This document shows positions 49,070 to 60,114 of a stretch of 64,000 nucleotides of DNA, piece after piece. The position numbers and the translations under genes are program-made. The notes below the pieces were generated by a model. That model had not been told where the DNA came from, ran no database searches, and saw only the letters and a program-made list of their open reading frames with translations. Source of the DNA: Eledone cirrhosa (Eukaryota); NCBI GenBank assembly GCA_964016885.1, contig OZ024745.1, positions 121,210,001 through 121,274,000 on the forward strand. The letters run 5' to 3'. Positions within the stretch are counted from its first letter, which is position 1. Each line of letters starts with the position of its first letter.

Positions 49070-52000
49070 TTACAGATATATACTCAGAGTCGGCCCATTC
49101 ACTCGGGCCATTCTTGCTTCTCTCACCCATCTTTCAACAAAATGCTGGGAAGAGAGCACTTCCTTCTCTACTCTGATTTTCCTTTTCAAATGAAATTTGA
49201 AAAAGTCAATCAGAGCATCACCGAAGAGGTAAGTGCTCGTCTTCAGCCCTTTCAAACGTGTCCACCATACTATCTCTTTCGCCATGGCCACCAGACAGAT
49301 AAAAACTGCCTGCCCTTCCCGGCTAAAGGAGGAGGGCGGGGCAATCCTCACGATAGACTCAGATGATAGCTGGATCCGTCCTAAACGCGACAGCAGGTGT
49401 TCGACATAAACCCACAAGTCAGCAATTTTCGGACACTGGACGAGTGCGTGCAGGACGGTTTCGTCGCCCTGCGCGCATCTCGGACATGCCCGGCTGACGG
49501 CACCTCCATGCCTGTAGAGTTTATCCCGAACTGGCAAGGCTCCTCGGTAGCACTGCCAGGCCAGAGATTTCTGGAAGTTGTCCATAGGCCCTGGCCCGAA
49601 GGTTCTTCCGAAGAGATTGGCTAGTTGATTTTCGTCGACGCCTAGAGTTTCCCCAAGTACGTCGTCGCTCTTCCCCTCCACTAATCCTCTATAGAACGCC
49701 GAGGTGGAGTTTCCACCGATCACATTGCCCGATTGGTCGAGGGCTGTGAGCGCCTGAAGACATTCCAGTCTCCAGGCGCTCCCTCTCGGTCTTCGCTTGA
49801 CCCAGGACTGCAGCTCCGTCAAGGAAACGAGCTGGGGAAAAACGCGTCTAGCAAACGGCGACCACACCTGATCACCGTCGAGGAAGAGGTGGAGATGTCG
49901 TAGCCTGAGCGCGTGCCTGCGCATCATCAGCCACGGCATGCCCAGCCCTCCACGTAGCGGGTGTTGACAACAGATGGACCGCCTGACCATCGGAGCACGT
50001 CCCTTCCACAAAAAGCGAAAGAGCAAACGCTCCAGCGCAGTCAGGCGAGGCTTAGGACAAGGTACGACGGTTAGGCGGTAGCAGATGACAGACGCGATGT
50101 ACGCGTTAGCCACCTCCGCTCGACCTTTCAGGGATAGCTTCCTCTCCGCCCATTTCTGGGTGAGAGAAGCCACCCTGCTCGTCACCTCGTCCCAGTTTTT
50201 GTCCGTCTGGAGGTCCGGACCGAACCAGACCCCTAGCAATTTAACCGGTCCGTCCGTCCAGCGCCCGACGACGCTGTTGGACGGCATGGACCTGCCTCTC
50301 CAGGTGCCGAGCTGCAGGCCCACTGACTTTTCCTGGTTGATCATTGCTCCTGTCACCGCTTCGTATTCTCTTAGTGTAGTGCCGATCGCCTCGATGTGTT
50401 TGGCGTTCGACACCACTACGGTGACATCGTCCGCATATGCTGACACGGATCTTCCGCATCCTAGTTCGCGCGGGACTCCCCTCAACGTCTCCAGTTTGTG
50501 CAGTAATGGCTCGAGAGTCAATACGTACAAGAGGGACGAGAGGGGACATCCTTGGCGGACCGAGCGCATGATGTTGAACGGTTCCGACAGGTGACCGTTC
50601 ACTCTCACCACAGAGCAGATGTCGCTGTGCATGGCAGCGATCCAGCCTCTGAAGACGGGCCCAAAGCCAGCCGCCCTCAGGACTGCCGCTAGGTAACGAT
50701 GGTCGACCCTATCGAAAGCTTTCGACTGATCTAAATTGATCAAGGACCCACCCGTGCCAGGTTCCCTAGCTACCCTCTCTACGATGTATCGCATGAGGTG
50801 GAGGTTGTCGTGGATGGATCTGTCGGGAATGGCGCATGTCTGCGCCTCTCCCACCAGACCACCAACGACAAGCGCCAACCTCTTTGCTAGCACCTTGGCC
50901 AAAATCTTAAACTCTGTGTTTAGCAGAGTTATGGGCCGGAAATTGTCTATGTTATCCCCCTTGTTCGGATCCTTTCTCAGCAGTGCCACCGCTCCTCGGC
51001 TCACAGAACTGGGAATTCTCCCGTTCTGTTGCCAGTTGCAGTAGACGTCCGCCAAGAGGCCTCCGAACAAGTCTGGCATCTGTACGTAAAGTTCATAGGG
51101 CAGACCATCCAAACCAGGCGATTTACCCCTTGTGCAGCCAGTCATTGCCTCCCTTACTTCAGCGGCTGTTATCGGCTTTTCGCAACACTTCGCCTCAGTG
51201 GCCGAGAGCCGCGGCAGTCCGTCGAGGTAGACACTAAAGTCCATCCCTCTACCCGGCCCACCGCTGCCCCCGAACAGCTGAGCGAAGTGTCGCTGAAAAG
51301 CTTCACACATTTGCCCGGGATCGAGTAGCATGCGCCCGTCGTGGTCCACCAAAGACCGGATCGTGGCTTTGTTGCCACGACGCGCCTCCGCCACTCGGGC
51401 CCATTGAACGGCTTTCGTCCCCTCGTGTCTGAGAGCACGCACCCTAGCTCTGACAACGCAGCCTTCGTGCTTTGCATTGAAGAATTGGTCAAGGGCCAAT
51501 TTCGCCGCAAGCACGTCGGTCGCAATGCCTTTGCTAAGCGCCTCGTCTAATTTTCTAACTAGTTCTCCCTCTGCTCTATTTTTCTCTATTGCTAAAGCCT
51601 TACTAAACCTAATCGATTCTATTCTAATCGCTCTTTTCAGAGCAAACCACCACTTGTTGTTGACGATGGCCCCCGTCAACGCCCGCTTAACTAGTTCGCT
51701 AATCCGGTCTCTGTAGGCCTTGCGCGCTGGTAAGGACGCGTTTAGCTTCCAGTAGCCGGGTCCTCGTCTATGAAGCCTATCTAAGTCAAGCACACAGATC
51801 ACGAATTTGTGGTCCGTGTAGCTGACTATCTTGAATTGTGGACAGCCTATGCTAGACCTATCTATTTCCCTACAAAATACTCTATCTAGATATGATCTGG
51901 ATGACCCTATGCGGTTTGTCCAAGTCCACATTGGCACATTCGGGAAATCCAATCGGTACCTGTCAGACAGTTCAAAACGCCTGAGCAGGTTGGTGAGGCT

Positions 52001-52489
52001 CTTGCACCCTCCACCCCTATCCGCTAATCCCACACAGTCCCAGCGTGCATCTAAGATCCCGTTCCAGTCGCCCACTAACACTAAAGAGCGCGACGTTCCA
52101 AGAAAGGTCTCCAGACGCCGGAAGAAATCAGGCCGCCCTGCTCCTGTCGGGGCATAGACGGCCACTAGCCTGAAAGCTTGCCCGTCTCCGCTGGTCACGT
52201 CCAGCACCACCAGCTTACCCTCTGGGTCCAGGAAGATGGCCCGTATGGCGAGATCCAAACCTCTCCGAAAAAGCACAGCAACTCCTCCACCCGATCCAGG
52301 ACGGCTGGGAGATGCGTACACATCGTAGCCGCCGAAGATCGGTGCGAAGGCCCGTGCTTCGGAGATTCTGGTCTCGCTGATGGCCACTACATCTATGTTT
52401 AGTGACCTGAGGTCGTTGAGCAGGTGACCCTGCTTCCATGACGACCCCAAGCCACGCGCATTTATGCTGCCTATTCTGAGTGAGGTCAT
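49070..52489 (-). CDS. ORF2p (APE-RT-CCHC), copy 2
   Basis: 1139 aa, intact; 3 aa differences from copy 1 (GGYD/GGFD, EAKC/EARC, LFGG/LFEG). Confidence 0.97.
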   Translation of the reverse strand: MTSLRIGSINARGLGSSWKQGHLLNDLRSLNIDVVAISETRISEARAFAPIFGGYDVYASPSRPGSGGGVAVLFRRGLDLAIRAIFLDPEGKLVVLDVTSGDGQAFRLVAVYAPTGAGRPDFFRRLETFLGTSRSLVLVGDWNGILDARWDCVGLADRGGGCKSLTNLLRRFELSDRYRLDFPNVPMWTWTNRIGSSRSYLDRVFCREIDRSSIGCPQFKIVSYTDHKFVICVLDLDRLHRRGPGYWKLNASLPARKAYRDRISELVKRALTGAIVNNKWWFALKRAIRIESIRFSKALAIEKNRAEGELVRKLDEALSKGIATDVLAAKLALDQFFNAKHEGCVVRARVRALRHEGTKAVQWARVAEARRGNKATIRSLVDHDGRMLLDPGQMCEAFQRHFAQLFGGSGGPGRGMDFSVYLDGLPRLSATEAKCCEKPITAAEVREAMTGCTRGKSPGLDGLPYELYVQMPDLFGGLLADVYCNWQQNGRIPSSVSRGAVALLRKDPNKGDNIDNFRPITLLNTEFKILAKVLAKRLALVVGGLVGEAQTCAIPDRSIHDNLHLMRYIVERVAREPGTGGSLINLDQSKAFDRVDHRYLAAVLRAAGFGPVFRGWIAAMHSDICSVVRVNGHLSEPFNIMRSVRQGCPLSSLLYVLTLEPLLHKLETLRGVPRELGCGRSVSAYADDVTVVVSNAKHIEAIGTTLREYEAVTGAMINQEKSVGLQLGTWRGRSMPSNSVVGRWTDGPVKLLGVWFGPDLQTDKNWDEVTSRVASLTQKWAERKLSLKGRAEVANAYIASVICYRLTVVPCPKPRLTALERLLFRFLWKGRAPMVRRSICCQHPLRGGLGMPWLMMRRHALRLRHLHLFLDGDQVWSPFARRVFPQLVSLTELQSWVKRRPRGSAWRLECLQALTALDQSGNVIGGNSTSAFYRGLVEGKSDDVLGETLGVDENQLANLFGRTFGPGPMDNFQKSLAWQCYRGALPVRDKLYRHGGAVSRACPRCAQGDETVLHALVQCPKIADLWVYVEHLLSRLGRIQLSSESIVRIAPPSSFSREGQAVFICLVAMAKEIVWWTRLKGLKTSTYLFGDALIDFFKFHLKRKIRVEKEVLSSQHFVERWVREARMARVNGPTLSIYL

Positions 52490-52524
52490 GTTTAAAATAG
52501 AGTGGAAAAGATGGGAAAGACCAC

Positions 52525-54654
52525 TTACCGTACTTTTGGTAGAGGAGGGATGGTTTTTACATCCCTTTTCACTTGATCGTCTGGTGAAGGGACCGTTGAA
52601 TCGTCCCTTCGGCTGGTCGTCGGCTCTTCTAAGAGAATGTCTGAATATACTCTTCGATTGATGGTTCCTCCTAGGTCCCTGAAATCACCAACTGCGTTGG
52701 GGAATTTCGTTTTAATGTTTGTGTATTGTTTCTGTGCTATTTTTAGCAGTCTTATGTTAGTTGGCGTTTTGATTGGTGCTGGTATTATGTAGTCCTGTTG
52801 TGAAATGTCTGTGTGTTCAATTATGTAAGTCATTAGTTTCTTGTTGTGTGTGTTTATTGCCGTGCATTTGTTTTTCTGGGGGTGGGGTGTGGTTCTGCTA
52901 TTTTCTTGTCGTTGTTGCTGGGTGTGTGTGTTTTGTTGTTGTGTTTGCGATGTTGGTGCTTGTGGTGGTGGTGTTGAAGGTGTTGTTGGCGGTGGGGTTG
53001 TCGCCGGTGGTGATGGTGGTGCTGGTGTGGGTGGTGATGGTGTTGGTGGTGTTGCTGCTGTGGGTCTCTTTGCAGTAGACTTTACCCTTTTCTCATTTCT
53101 TTCCTCCCTTTTCAAAGGCGACGATGCGCTGCTTCTGCGTTTGTGCCTTCTTGCGACCTTTTGCCATCCCTCTCCCACCTCACACTCCATGTCTGATTCT
53201 GTAAGGTCGGGGAGGGGTACCAGCTCCACTCTTTCACTTGTTGTTGTTGGTGATGTTTGCACTGGAGTCTCTGTTGCAGCTGCATTTGGTATTGCTGTTG
53301 TTGTTGTTAATATTTCCACTGCTGCTGCTGTCTTTGATTTCCGTGGAGTGGGTATGGGTGCCACGGACCTATCGTTCCTGGTTGCCGCTTGTCCTGTTGC
53401 TGGTAGCCGTGGAGCCGGATTCGGAAGGAGGGGGGTTTTCTCCTTTCTCAGGGTCTTCTCGTTGCAGAAGGCCCTGAGGTGAGTCTTCGATCCACAGCGA
53501 AAGCATTTCGGGCGTTTGCCCTCAACACTTATGGGCAGTTGAGTGCCGTTATCGAAGTCTATCACATCCGGGATAGCTTCGATGCACTCCTGGTTGGTTT
53601 GGATTAGCATCTCAATGGAGGAGCCGACCCAATCTTCTCTTACTTTTTTCTGTACTTGCAGTACAGTTGTTTTGTCCTCGATTCCGACGAGGACAGACGC
53701 GGCCAGCCAAGAAGGGGTCATTCCGGGGGGGACGTGGGTCAGTTTGACCCTCACAATTTTTTGCCCGCAGTAGGAGGGCACCAACACCATTTCCTCGCTC
53801 CTTAGGGTCACTACTGATTGGGCCTTTGCCTCCTGGGGTGTGGCAAAAAGTACGTCTACGGTGGCGTATTTTTTGCCTCGGGTGATGTGCGTTTTCCTCT
53901 GCCACACAGACCCCAAGGCTTTTTGTATTTGGGCCTCTGTGGCTCTTTCCACCCTACGGGATTTTGTACTTACTGTACGGTACGTGACCGTACAGTGCTC
54001 TTGGGTTTCGAAAAAACTTTTCGCTGCCTTGCAGATTGCTCGGTGTCCGTTCTTTGTCACCATCTTCTTCGCTTCCTCTAATTCCTCATTTGTTATGAGG
54101 ATTGTTTCCAAATTTTTCGCAATACCTGCAAATGAGATTGGTTTTTCTCTGCTGTTGTTGTTGTCGTCAGAGCTGCTGGTACTTTTGTTGTTGCTGCAGG
54201 TACTACGACTACTGCCTCCGCCGCTGTTGCTGTGGTTGTTGTTGGTGTTGCTGCTGCTAATGCTGTTGTTGTTTATGCTGCTGGTGATGCTGTTGCGGCT
54301 GCTACTGTTGTTTTCATTGTCACTGTTGCTGTTGTTATTACGGCTGCTACTGCTATTATTCCTGACGTCAGACGAATGAACTGGGTTTTCGTATTTCCCG
54401 CACACCTGTTTCGTCGCTGTCGTCGTCGTCGTGGAGAAACCTTGCACGCTTTGCACGAGACTTTTCTTTTCTTTCGTCGCTTGCGAAAGAGAAGGGAGGG
54501 AGAGAGACACATTTAAAGAAGGGAGGGAGAGAGACAATCTTCTCTCTGCTGTAGTGATGATTGAGGAAGAAGAAGACGGAATGAGTGGGAGTGACGTATG
54601 AAATTTCATTTTGGTAGCCATGTTTTTTTGTTTAAAATGAAATTTTGGGTACAA
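52525..54654 (-). CDS. ORF1p, copy 2
   Basis: 709 aa, intact; 4 aa differences from copy 1, all in the P/T-rich half. Confidence 0.9.
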   Translation of the reverse strand: MYPKFHFKQKNMATKMKFHTSLPLIPSSSSSIITTAERRLSLSLPSLNVSLSLPSLSQATKEKKSLVQSVQGFSTTTTTATKQVCGKYENPVHSSDVRNNSSSSRNNNSNSDNENNSSSRNSITSSINNNSISSSNTNNNHSNSGGGSSRSTCSNNKSTSSSDDNNNSREKPISFAGIAKNLETILITNEELEEAKKMVTKNGHRAICKAAKSFFETQEHCTVTYRTVSTKSRRVERATEAQIQKALGSVWQRKTHITRGKKYATVDVLFATPQEAKAQSVVTLRSEEMVLVPSYCGQKIVRVKLTHVPPGMTPSWLAASVLVGIEDKTTVLQVQKKVREDWVGSSIEMLIQTNQECIEAIPDVIDFDNGTQLPISVEGKRPKCFRCGSKTHLRAFCNEKTLRKEKTPLLPNPAPRLPATGQAATRNDRSVAPIPTPRKSKTAAAVEILTTTTAIPNAAATETPVQTSPTTTSERVELVPLPDLTESDMECEVGEGWQKVARRHKRRSSASSPLKREERNEKRVKSTAKRPTAATPPTPSPPTPAPPSPPATTPPPTTPSTPPPQAPTSQTQQQNTHTQQQRQENSRTTPHPQKNKCTAINTHNKKLMTYIIEHTDISQQDYIIPAPIKTPTNIRLLKIAQKQYTNIKTKFPNAVGDFRDLGGTINRRVYSDILLEEPTTSRRDDSTVPSPDDQVKRDVKTIPPLPKVR

Positions 54655-55039
54655 AACCCCAATAACTGGTTATTTAACCCCGAAGGGCCAAATAACGGAC
54701 AGAAAGACCCCTCTCACGAGGAGGAGGGTGTCTTTATCAACAATTTGGTTCAAGTTTTAAACAATTTACAATTGTTTTAACGGTTAAAAATTACTATACC
54801 TTACAGAGCCGAGCCTCCGTCAACCATGGCATTCAATAATAATAATAATATTAATAATAATAATAATAATGAACATAACAATAATAATAATGATGATGAT
54901 GATGATGATAAGGAGGAGGAGGAGGGTTTTGATGTTGATGATGATGATGGTGATTTTTTTTTTATTCAGCACGAAGGGTTTACAAAACAAAAACTCATTC
55001 AGGGCAGTACAAAAACGATACACCGTGGATTTATGGAAA

Positions 55040-55335
55040 CATGTGGTCGCAGCATTGTCGAATCGTTAAGATTAGGTTCCGGGTTCAATCACACTGCATC
55101 TTGGTCAAGTGTTACCACAGCTTCGACCTTGTGACTGAAACTGATTAGACAAGAACTGTTTGGAAGACTTTTTGATGGACTGCAACTGTAATTCAAAGGG
55201 CCAGCCTTGTCACACACTGTCTCTGATATTAACGTTAAGTGTACACATTCATATAGAATGCTCAGCCACTTACATATTAATTCCACGAGCAGAGTGTTCC
55301 ATTGATCAAACTTATAAAACATTCATCCATGAAAC
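55040..55335 (+). mobile_element. Degraded tRNA-derived SINE inserted in the old Tx1 3' UTR
   Basis: B-box-like GGTTCAATCAC. Body (GGGCCAGCCTTGTCACACACTGTCTCTGA...TTAATTCCACGAGCAG...TTGATCAAAC) is the reverse complement of the repeat at 1-150 and 18355-18455. Confidence 0.5.
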
Positions 55336-55491
55336 CGACGGAGGTCTAGTTCATGGAAATGTGTGAAAAGGAGAGATAACAAAAACAAAACGAGTAACAA
55401 TAAAATTCAAAACAGAAAATTTCCCAACAAGTGGAAGTCTTCCAAGGGATACTCGTAGAAAACCCCACAAAAGGACGTGGTCACCCTAACC

Positions 55492-56531
55492 CAGTGGTTC
55501 CCAACCATTTGTGTACCATGTCTCACCTCAACATCTAAAAAAGGGTATGCCCCCCTCCCCTCTTTGATATGAACAGCAATGATCAACTGCAAAGTGTAAA
55601 GAAATTGGGGTATAGGTGGTGCCAGATACACAGTAACATATGGAAGAAGAGGTAAGGCAGGAGTTTCTGACAGTGATGTGTACCATATAGGTGGTGCCAG
55701 ATACACAGTAACATGTGTGGAGGAGGTGAGACAGGAGTTTCTGACAGTAATGTGTACCATATAGGTGGTGCCAGATACACAGTAACATGTGGTAGAGGTG
55801 AGACAGGAGTTTCTGACAGTGATGTGTACCATATCAGTGGTGCCAGATACACAGTAACATGTGTGGTGGAGGTGAGACAGGAGTTTCTGACAGTGATGTG
55901 TACCATATAGGTGGTGCCAGATACACAATAACATGTGTGGAGGAGGTGAGACAGGAGTTTCTGACAGTAATGTGTACCATATAGGTGGTGCCAGATACAC
56001 AGTAACATGTGTAGAGGTGAGACAGGAGTTTCTGACAGTGATGTGTACCATATAGGTGGTGCCAGATACACAGTAACATGTGGTAGAGGTGAGACAGGAG
56101 TTTCTGACAGTAATGTGTACCATATAGGTGGTGCCAGATACACAGTAACATGTGTAGAGGTGAGGCAGGAGTTTCTGACAGTAATGTGTACCATATAGGT
56201 GGTGCCAGATACACAGTAACATGTGTAGAGGTGAGACAGGAGTTTCTGACAGTGATGTGTACCATATAGGTGGTGCCAGATACACAATAACATGTGTAGA
56301 GGTGAGACAGGAGTTTCTGACAGTAATGTGTACCATATAGGTGGTGCCAGATACACAGTAACATGTGTGGTGGAGGTGAGACAGGAGTTTCTGACAGTGA
56401 TGTGTACCAAAGTTGCCTTGGTGTAAAAGTAATAAAGTAAATTTGTTCTCATTAATATCATTTTCAAATGGGCCCCTTAAATATTCAAAATTCCCCCCTG
56501 TGGGGTGTGCGCCCCACGTTGGGAATCACTG
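55492..56531. mobile_element. hAT-type non-autonomous element with an internal minisatellite
   Basis: TIRs CAGTGGTTCCCAAC / CAGTGATTCCCAAC; 8-bp TSD CCCTAACC (55484-55491) / CTCTAACC (56532-56539). Confidence 0.85.
55612..56409. repeat. Minisatellite, about 60-63-bp unit, about 13 copies
   Basis: Unit ATAGGTGGTGCCAGATACACAGTAACATGTGTAGAGGTGAGACAGGAGTTTCTGACAGTRATGTGTACCAT with small indels. Confidence 0.9.
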
Positions 56532-57580
56532 CTCTAACCATTAAGGCAAATGCCGTCTCCTAGTTTTCCGCCTCCAATCTACATGTGAAAACTCAGAGCA
56601 GGCCCTCTCACTCGAACAATGCTCGCTACTTTCATCTACATGTCAATAAATTTGCTGGAAGGCAGCACTTAGACTTTTACTCTAAATTTCCTTTTCAAAT
56701 GAAACTTGAAAATGTTGATGAGGGCTTGGCTGAAGTGAAAATATCTGTCTTCAACCCTTTTCATTTAGTTCACCACACAACCTTTTCGTCATAGCCAGTA
56801 GACAGATAAACAGGGCCTGCCCTTCCCGGTTGAAATGAGTGATCTTCACGATAGAGTCAGTTGGTAAATGGGCAAGCGGATCCATCTTACACATGACTAC
56901 AGCTGCTCTTTATAATTCTGAAAGAAGTTATCAATTCTCAGACACAGAACGTGCAAGACGATTTTGTTACCATACTACTTTCGGGTTATTTAGAGCAGTA
57001 GAGCTTCCCGGTAACTCTACCTTATATTTCTGTAAATTGTCAGCTGTCCCCTTGGCTGAGCTCATTCTCAAGAGACCGTTCAGTCTCTCCTCGTATAAAA
57101 CTATAAATAACTATAAACCAATATGTCATAGTGCCCGTAATATTTATTACACTTCAGAACACTTAAGAAATCAATAGAAACAAACACAAACCATAAACAA
57201 ATGATCGAAGAAAAGTACACAAATGTAAGCTGATAGAAAACTAAAATGTTATTCTTCGAAGTAATTTCAAATATTTACCCAAACCAAAATCGATATTTGT
57301 CGATAAAAAGGAAAAAGGAAAATTAATTTTTTAAAATCAAGATCAATAGTTATTGCAAGGTAAAAGAAGTATAAATATATCAATTTGTTAAGATTTTGCT
57401 GACAAGGCAGTAAAGTTTGATCGTGACTAGTACTTTAATACTTTAGTACTTTAGTACTTTAGAACTTTAGTACTTTGCATTTTTGTTTTCGTTCTTTATA
57501 GAAGTACTCACAGCTTGTTAATAGCAGTAATAAAGATGTCTGATTACAACTAGGGTAGCAGTGTAGTTGGAGAGAGGGGG

Positions 57581-57916
57581 AGAATCGCAACGTTACGGTA
57601 GAATCGCAGCGTTAGGGTAGAATCGCAGCGTTAGGGTAGAATCGTAGCGTTAGGGTAGAATGGCAGCGTTAGGGTAGAATCGCAGCGTTAGGGTAGAATC
57701 GTAGCGTTAGGGTAGAATGGCAGCGTTAGGGTAGAATCGCAACGCTACGGTAGAATCGCAGCGTTAGGGTAGAATCGCAGCTTTGGGTAGAATCGCAGCG
57801 TTAGGGAGAATCGCAGCGTTAGGGAGAATCGTAGCGTTAGGGTAGAATCGCAGCGTTAGGGTAGAATCGCAGCGTTAGGGTAGAATCACAGCGTTAGGGA
57901 GAATCGTAGCGTTAGG
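57581..57916. repeat. 20-bp minisatellite containing TTAGGG, about 17 copies
   Basis: Unit TAGAATCGCAGCGTTAGGG with variants. Confidence 0.9.
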
Positions 57917-59289
57917 CTCACCGCCATGAAATTTGTAGATACATTTGATAGACTTTATTGAATTGAAGACTCTAACGTTTATGTATGCAATAAATGTGTT
58001 AGTGTAAGAAATAGAGAGTATTCATCGGGTGTCAATTCGACGCTGCCCAATCAAGGCTAGGAAGCCTTTACCCTCTAGTGACCTTTTGATTTCATGTTTT
58101 GGTTTCTTTGATAAAAAAGGATCTTGGAAACAATTCGGTGCATTATGCAGATAGGATTCCTGTTGAAGGACCAGCATGGATCATAAACCACGTGGAAGTT
58201 AACAATGTTGAAGAGCATTTAGTCTCTACCAGGGTCTGGAATCAATTTCAATGTTAAACAGATCAAGATATTTCATGGGTTAAGCAGCATTTTTTGGCTA
58301 GTCTATGGTATCATTATGAAATTCGACTGCTCCAAATATTTGACACTTGGTAAATAAATCCATCATTTTCCTCTGTTTTGAGTGGAAAATTCTGTCAATG
58401 TAATCACTATATTTATGATAACCGGCATATTACAGCTGCTATACCTCTGATCATAGGTCGACTCACCTATGACAAATCATACCGTGGTAGGCCTGCAATA
58501 CCTCTGATCATGGGTCTACTCACCTATGACAACATCATACCGTGGATGACTGAGAAAGGAAGGGGTGATCATGTCAACTGACGAAGGAAGGGGTGATTAC
58601 GTCGACTGAGGAAGGAAGGGGCCATCAAAATCAAATCCCACCGAGGTCAACTTTGTCTTTCATCCTTCCGGAGTCGACAAAATGAAATAACAGTTAAGTA
58701 GTGGTTTCGATTTAACCTGTTGACTGCCACGTATATCTTACACAGCTACAGTTGCTGTGGTGTTTTTTGGGGGGTGGGGGTGGGTGGGGGGGTCAGTAAA
58801 ATGACTATTCTTTAAAAACATTTATTATCACCACATAAATGACAAATGTCACATCAATAAACTAGTAACTCCATCTAGCTTTGAAGTTATGAACTGTTGG
58901 AAACGAGTTCATAACTTTGAAGTTATGAACTGTTGGAAAGAAGTTCAAACATATTAAGACAAGTTATCTCGTCCGCTGAACTGGAATGCATACATGTTAG
59001 GACGAGTTATCTCGTCTACGGCACTGAAGAGGTTAATCAACTTTGTTCTTTCCCCATAACATTGTTGGCTTGGTGCCTAAATTGGAGGTCAATATTGCAT
59101 AAGTGCGGGTTTGTATGATTAAATGATCACTTTACAACTGATGTTGTTCTAAGTTCAGTCCCACTGCGCGGCACTTCATGTTTTCTACCATCTACACATG
59201 CCTATCAGTTTTTTTATATAGAGAGATATATTTCATATTACAATATACTGTAGACAAATCTAAATATTTAAACTATAGAGATATATTTC

Positions 59290-59712
59290 ATCCTGGATGC
59301 AGCAGTTAGGGCGAGAGCTACAACTTCTGCGACCGAACAGAACAAAATCCTGAAATACCGTGTTGTGTCGGCTAACTACATTTTCCAGCCTGTGACGTTC
59401 GAGACTTTGGGGGAGTCGGGCGACTGACTGCGAGATTCTTATCTTCACTGGCTGCTCGCCTAATAGAGGTAACTGGTGATGCTCGTGAAGGCGCTTGGCT
59501 GTTCTAGCGCACCAGCCTCGCCATCATCTGAGGTAACGCTGCGAACGTGCTGGCTTGATCAAAAATCATTAGAGAGGTTTCCCAGTGCTCCTCGCGATAC
59601 TGTTATCTTTTACTCTGGTAGCGGCTCGGTTGTGCACCTCTTTCGCCTGCCTTTTTGTTCTATGGGGTCCCAGATGTGTGTGTTTTTTCTCTTGCTTTTT
59701 CTCTTTCAATAG
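59290..59712 (+). mobile_element. CRE-like non-LTR 3' fragment
   Basis: Remnant FQPV.FETLG motif; 3' UTR nearly identical to 10320-10500. Confidence 0.65.
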
Positions 59713-59726
59713 ATATGTACGTTAAA

Positions 59727-60114
59727 CAATTGTTTCTACTTTTGGCACAAGGCCAACAATTATCCCAGTGCATTACTGTTGCTTTATTTTATCGACCTCG
59801 TAAGGATGAAAGGCAAAGTTAACCTTGGCGAGATTTGAACTCAGACTGTAAAGGGGCGTAACTCTATGCTGCAAAGCATGGCGTCCTACCCTCTACCGAT
59901 ACTGCCAATCCAATAGCCATGTACGTTAAATAATGGTTTCTTATTTAGGCACAAGGCCAGCAATTGTGGGTGAGGGGAAAGTCGATTAAGTCGACCCCAG
60001 TGCGTGATTGGTACTTTATTTTATCGACCCCGTATGGATGAAAGGCAAAGTTAACCTCGGCGGGATTTGAACTCAGATCATAAAGGGCCGTAACTCTACC
60101 GATACTGCCAATCC
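59727..60114 (-). mobile_element. Two tandem SINE family A copies
   Basis: 59727-59912 and 59931-60114; ATGTACGTTAAA at 59715, 59919 and 60122. Confidence 0.85.

Larger units (their letters stand above)
48807..54834 (-). mobile_element. Full-length Tx1-like non-LTR retrotransposon, copy 2 (6028 bp, offset 6064 from copy 1)
   Basis: Colinear with copy 1, substitutions only. Flanked on both sides by (AAT)5ATT(AAT)6 (48771-48806, 54835-54870). Confidence 0.95.
54952..56908 (-). mobile_element. Older, 5'-truncated, diverged Tx1-family 3' end interrupted by a SINE and a hAT MITE
   Basis: 54952-55020, 55370-55491 and 56540-56908 align by eye to the 3' UTR and ORF2 C-terminus of the intact copies (shared TTTCCTTTTCAAATGAAA, AGACAGATAAA, CCTGCCCTTCCCGG, TCACGATAGA). 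AATAAA at 54961-54966. Confidence 0.85.

Noticed and set aside
55407-56467. Cys/His-rich repetitive ORFs resembling zinc fingers
   Set aside because: They lie in the minisatellite inside a hAT MITE; the frame shifts between units and there is no C2H2 spacing.
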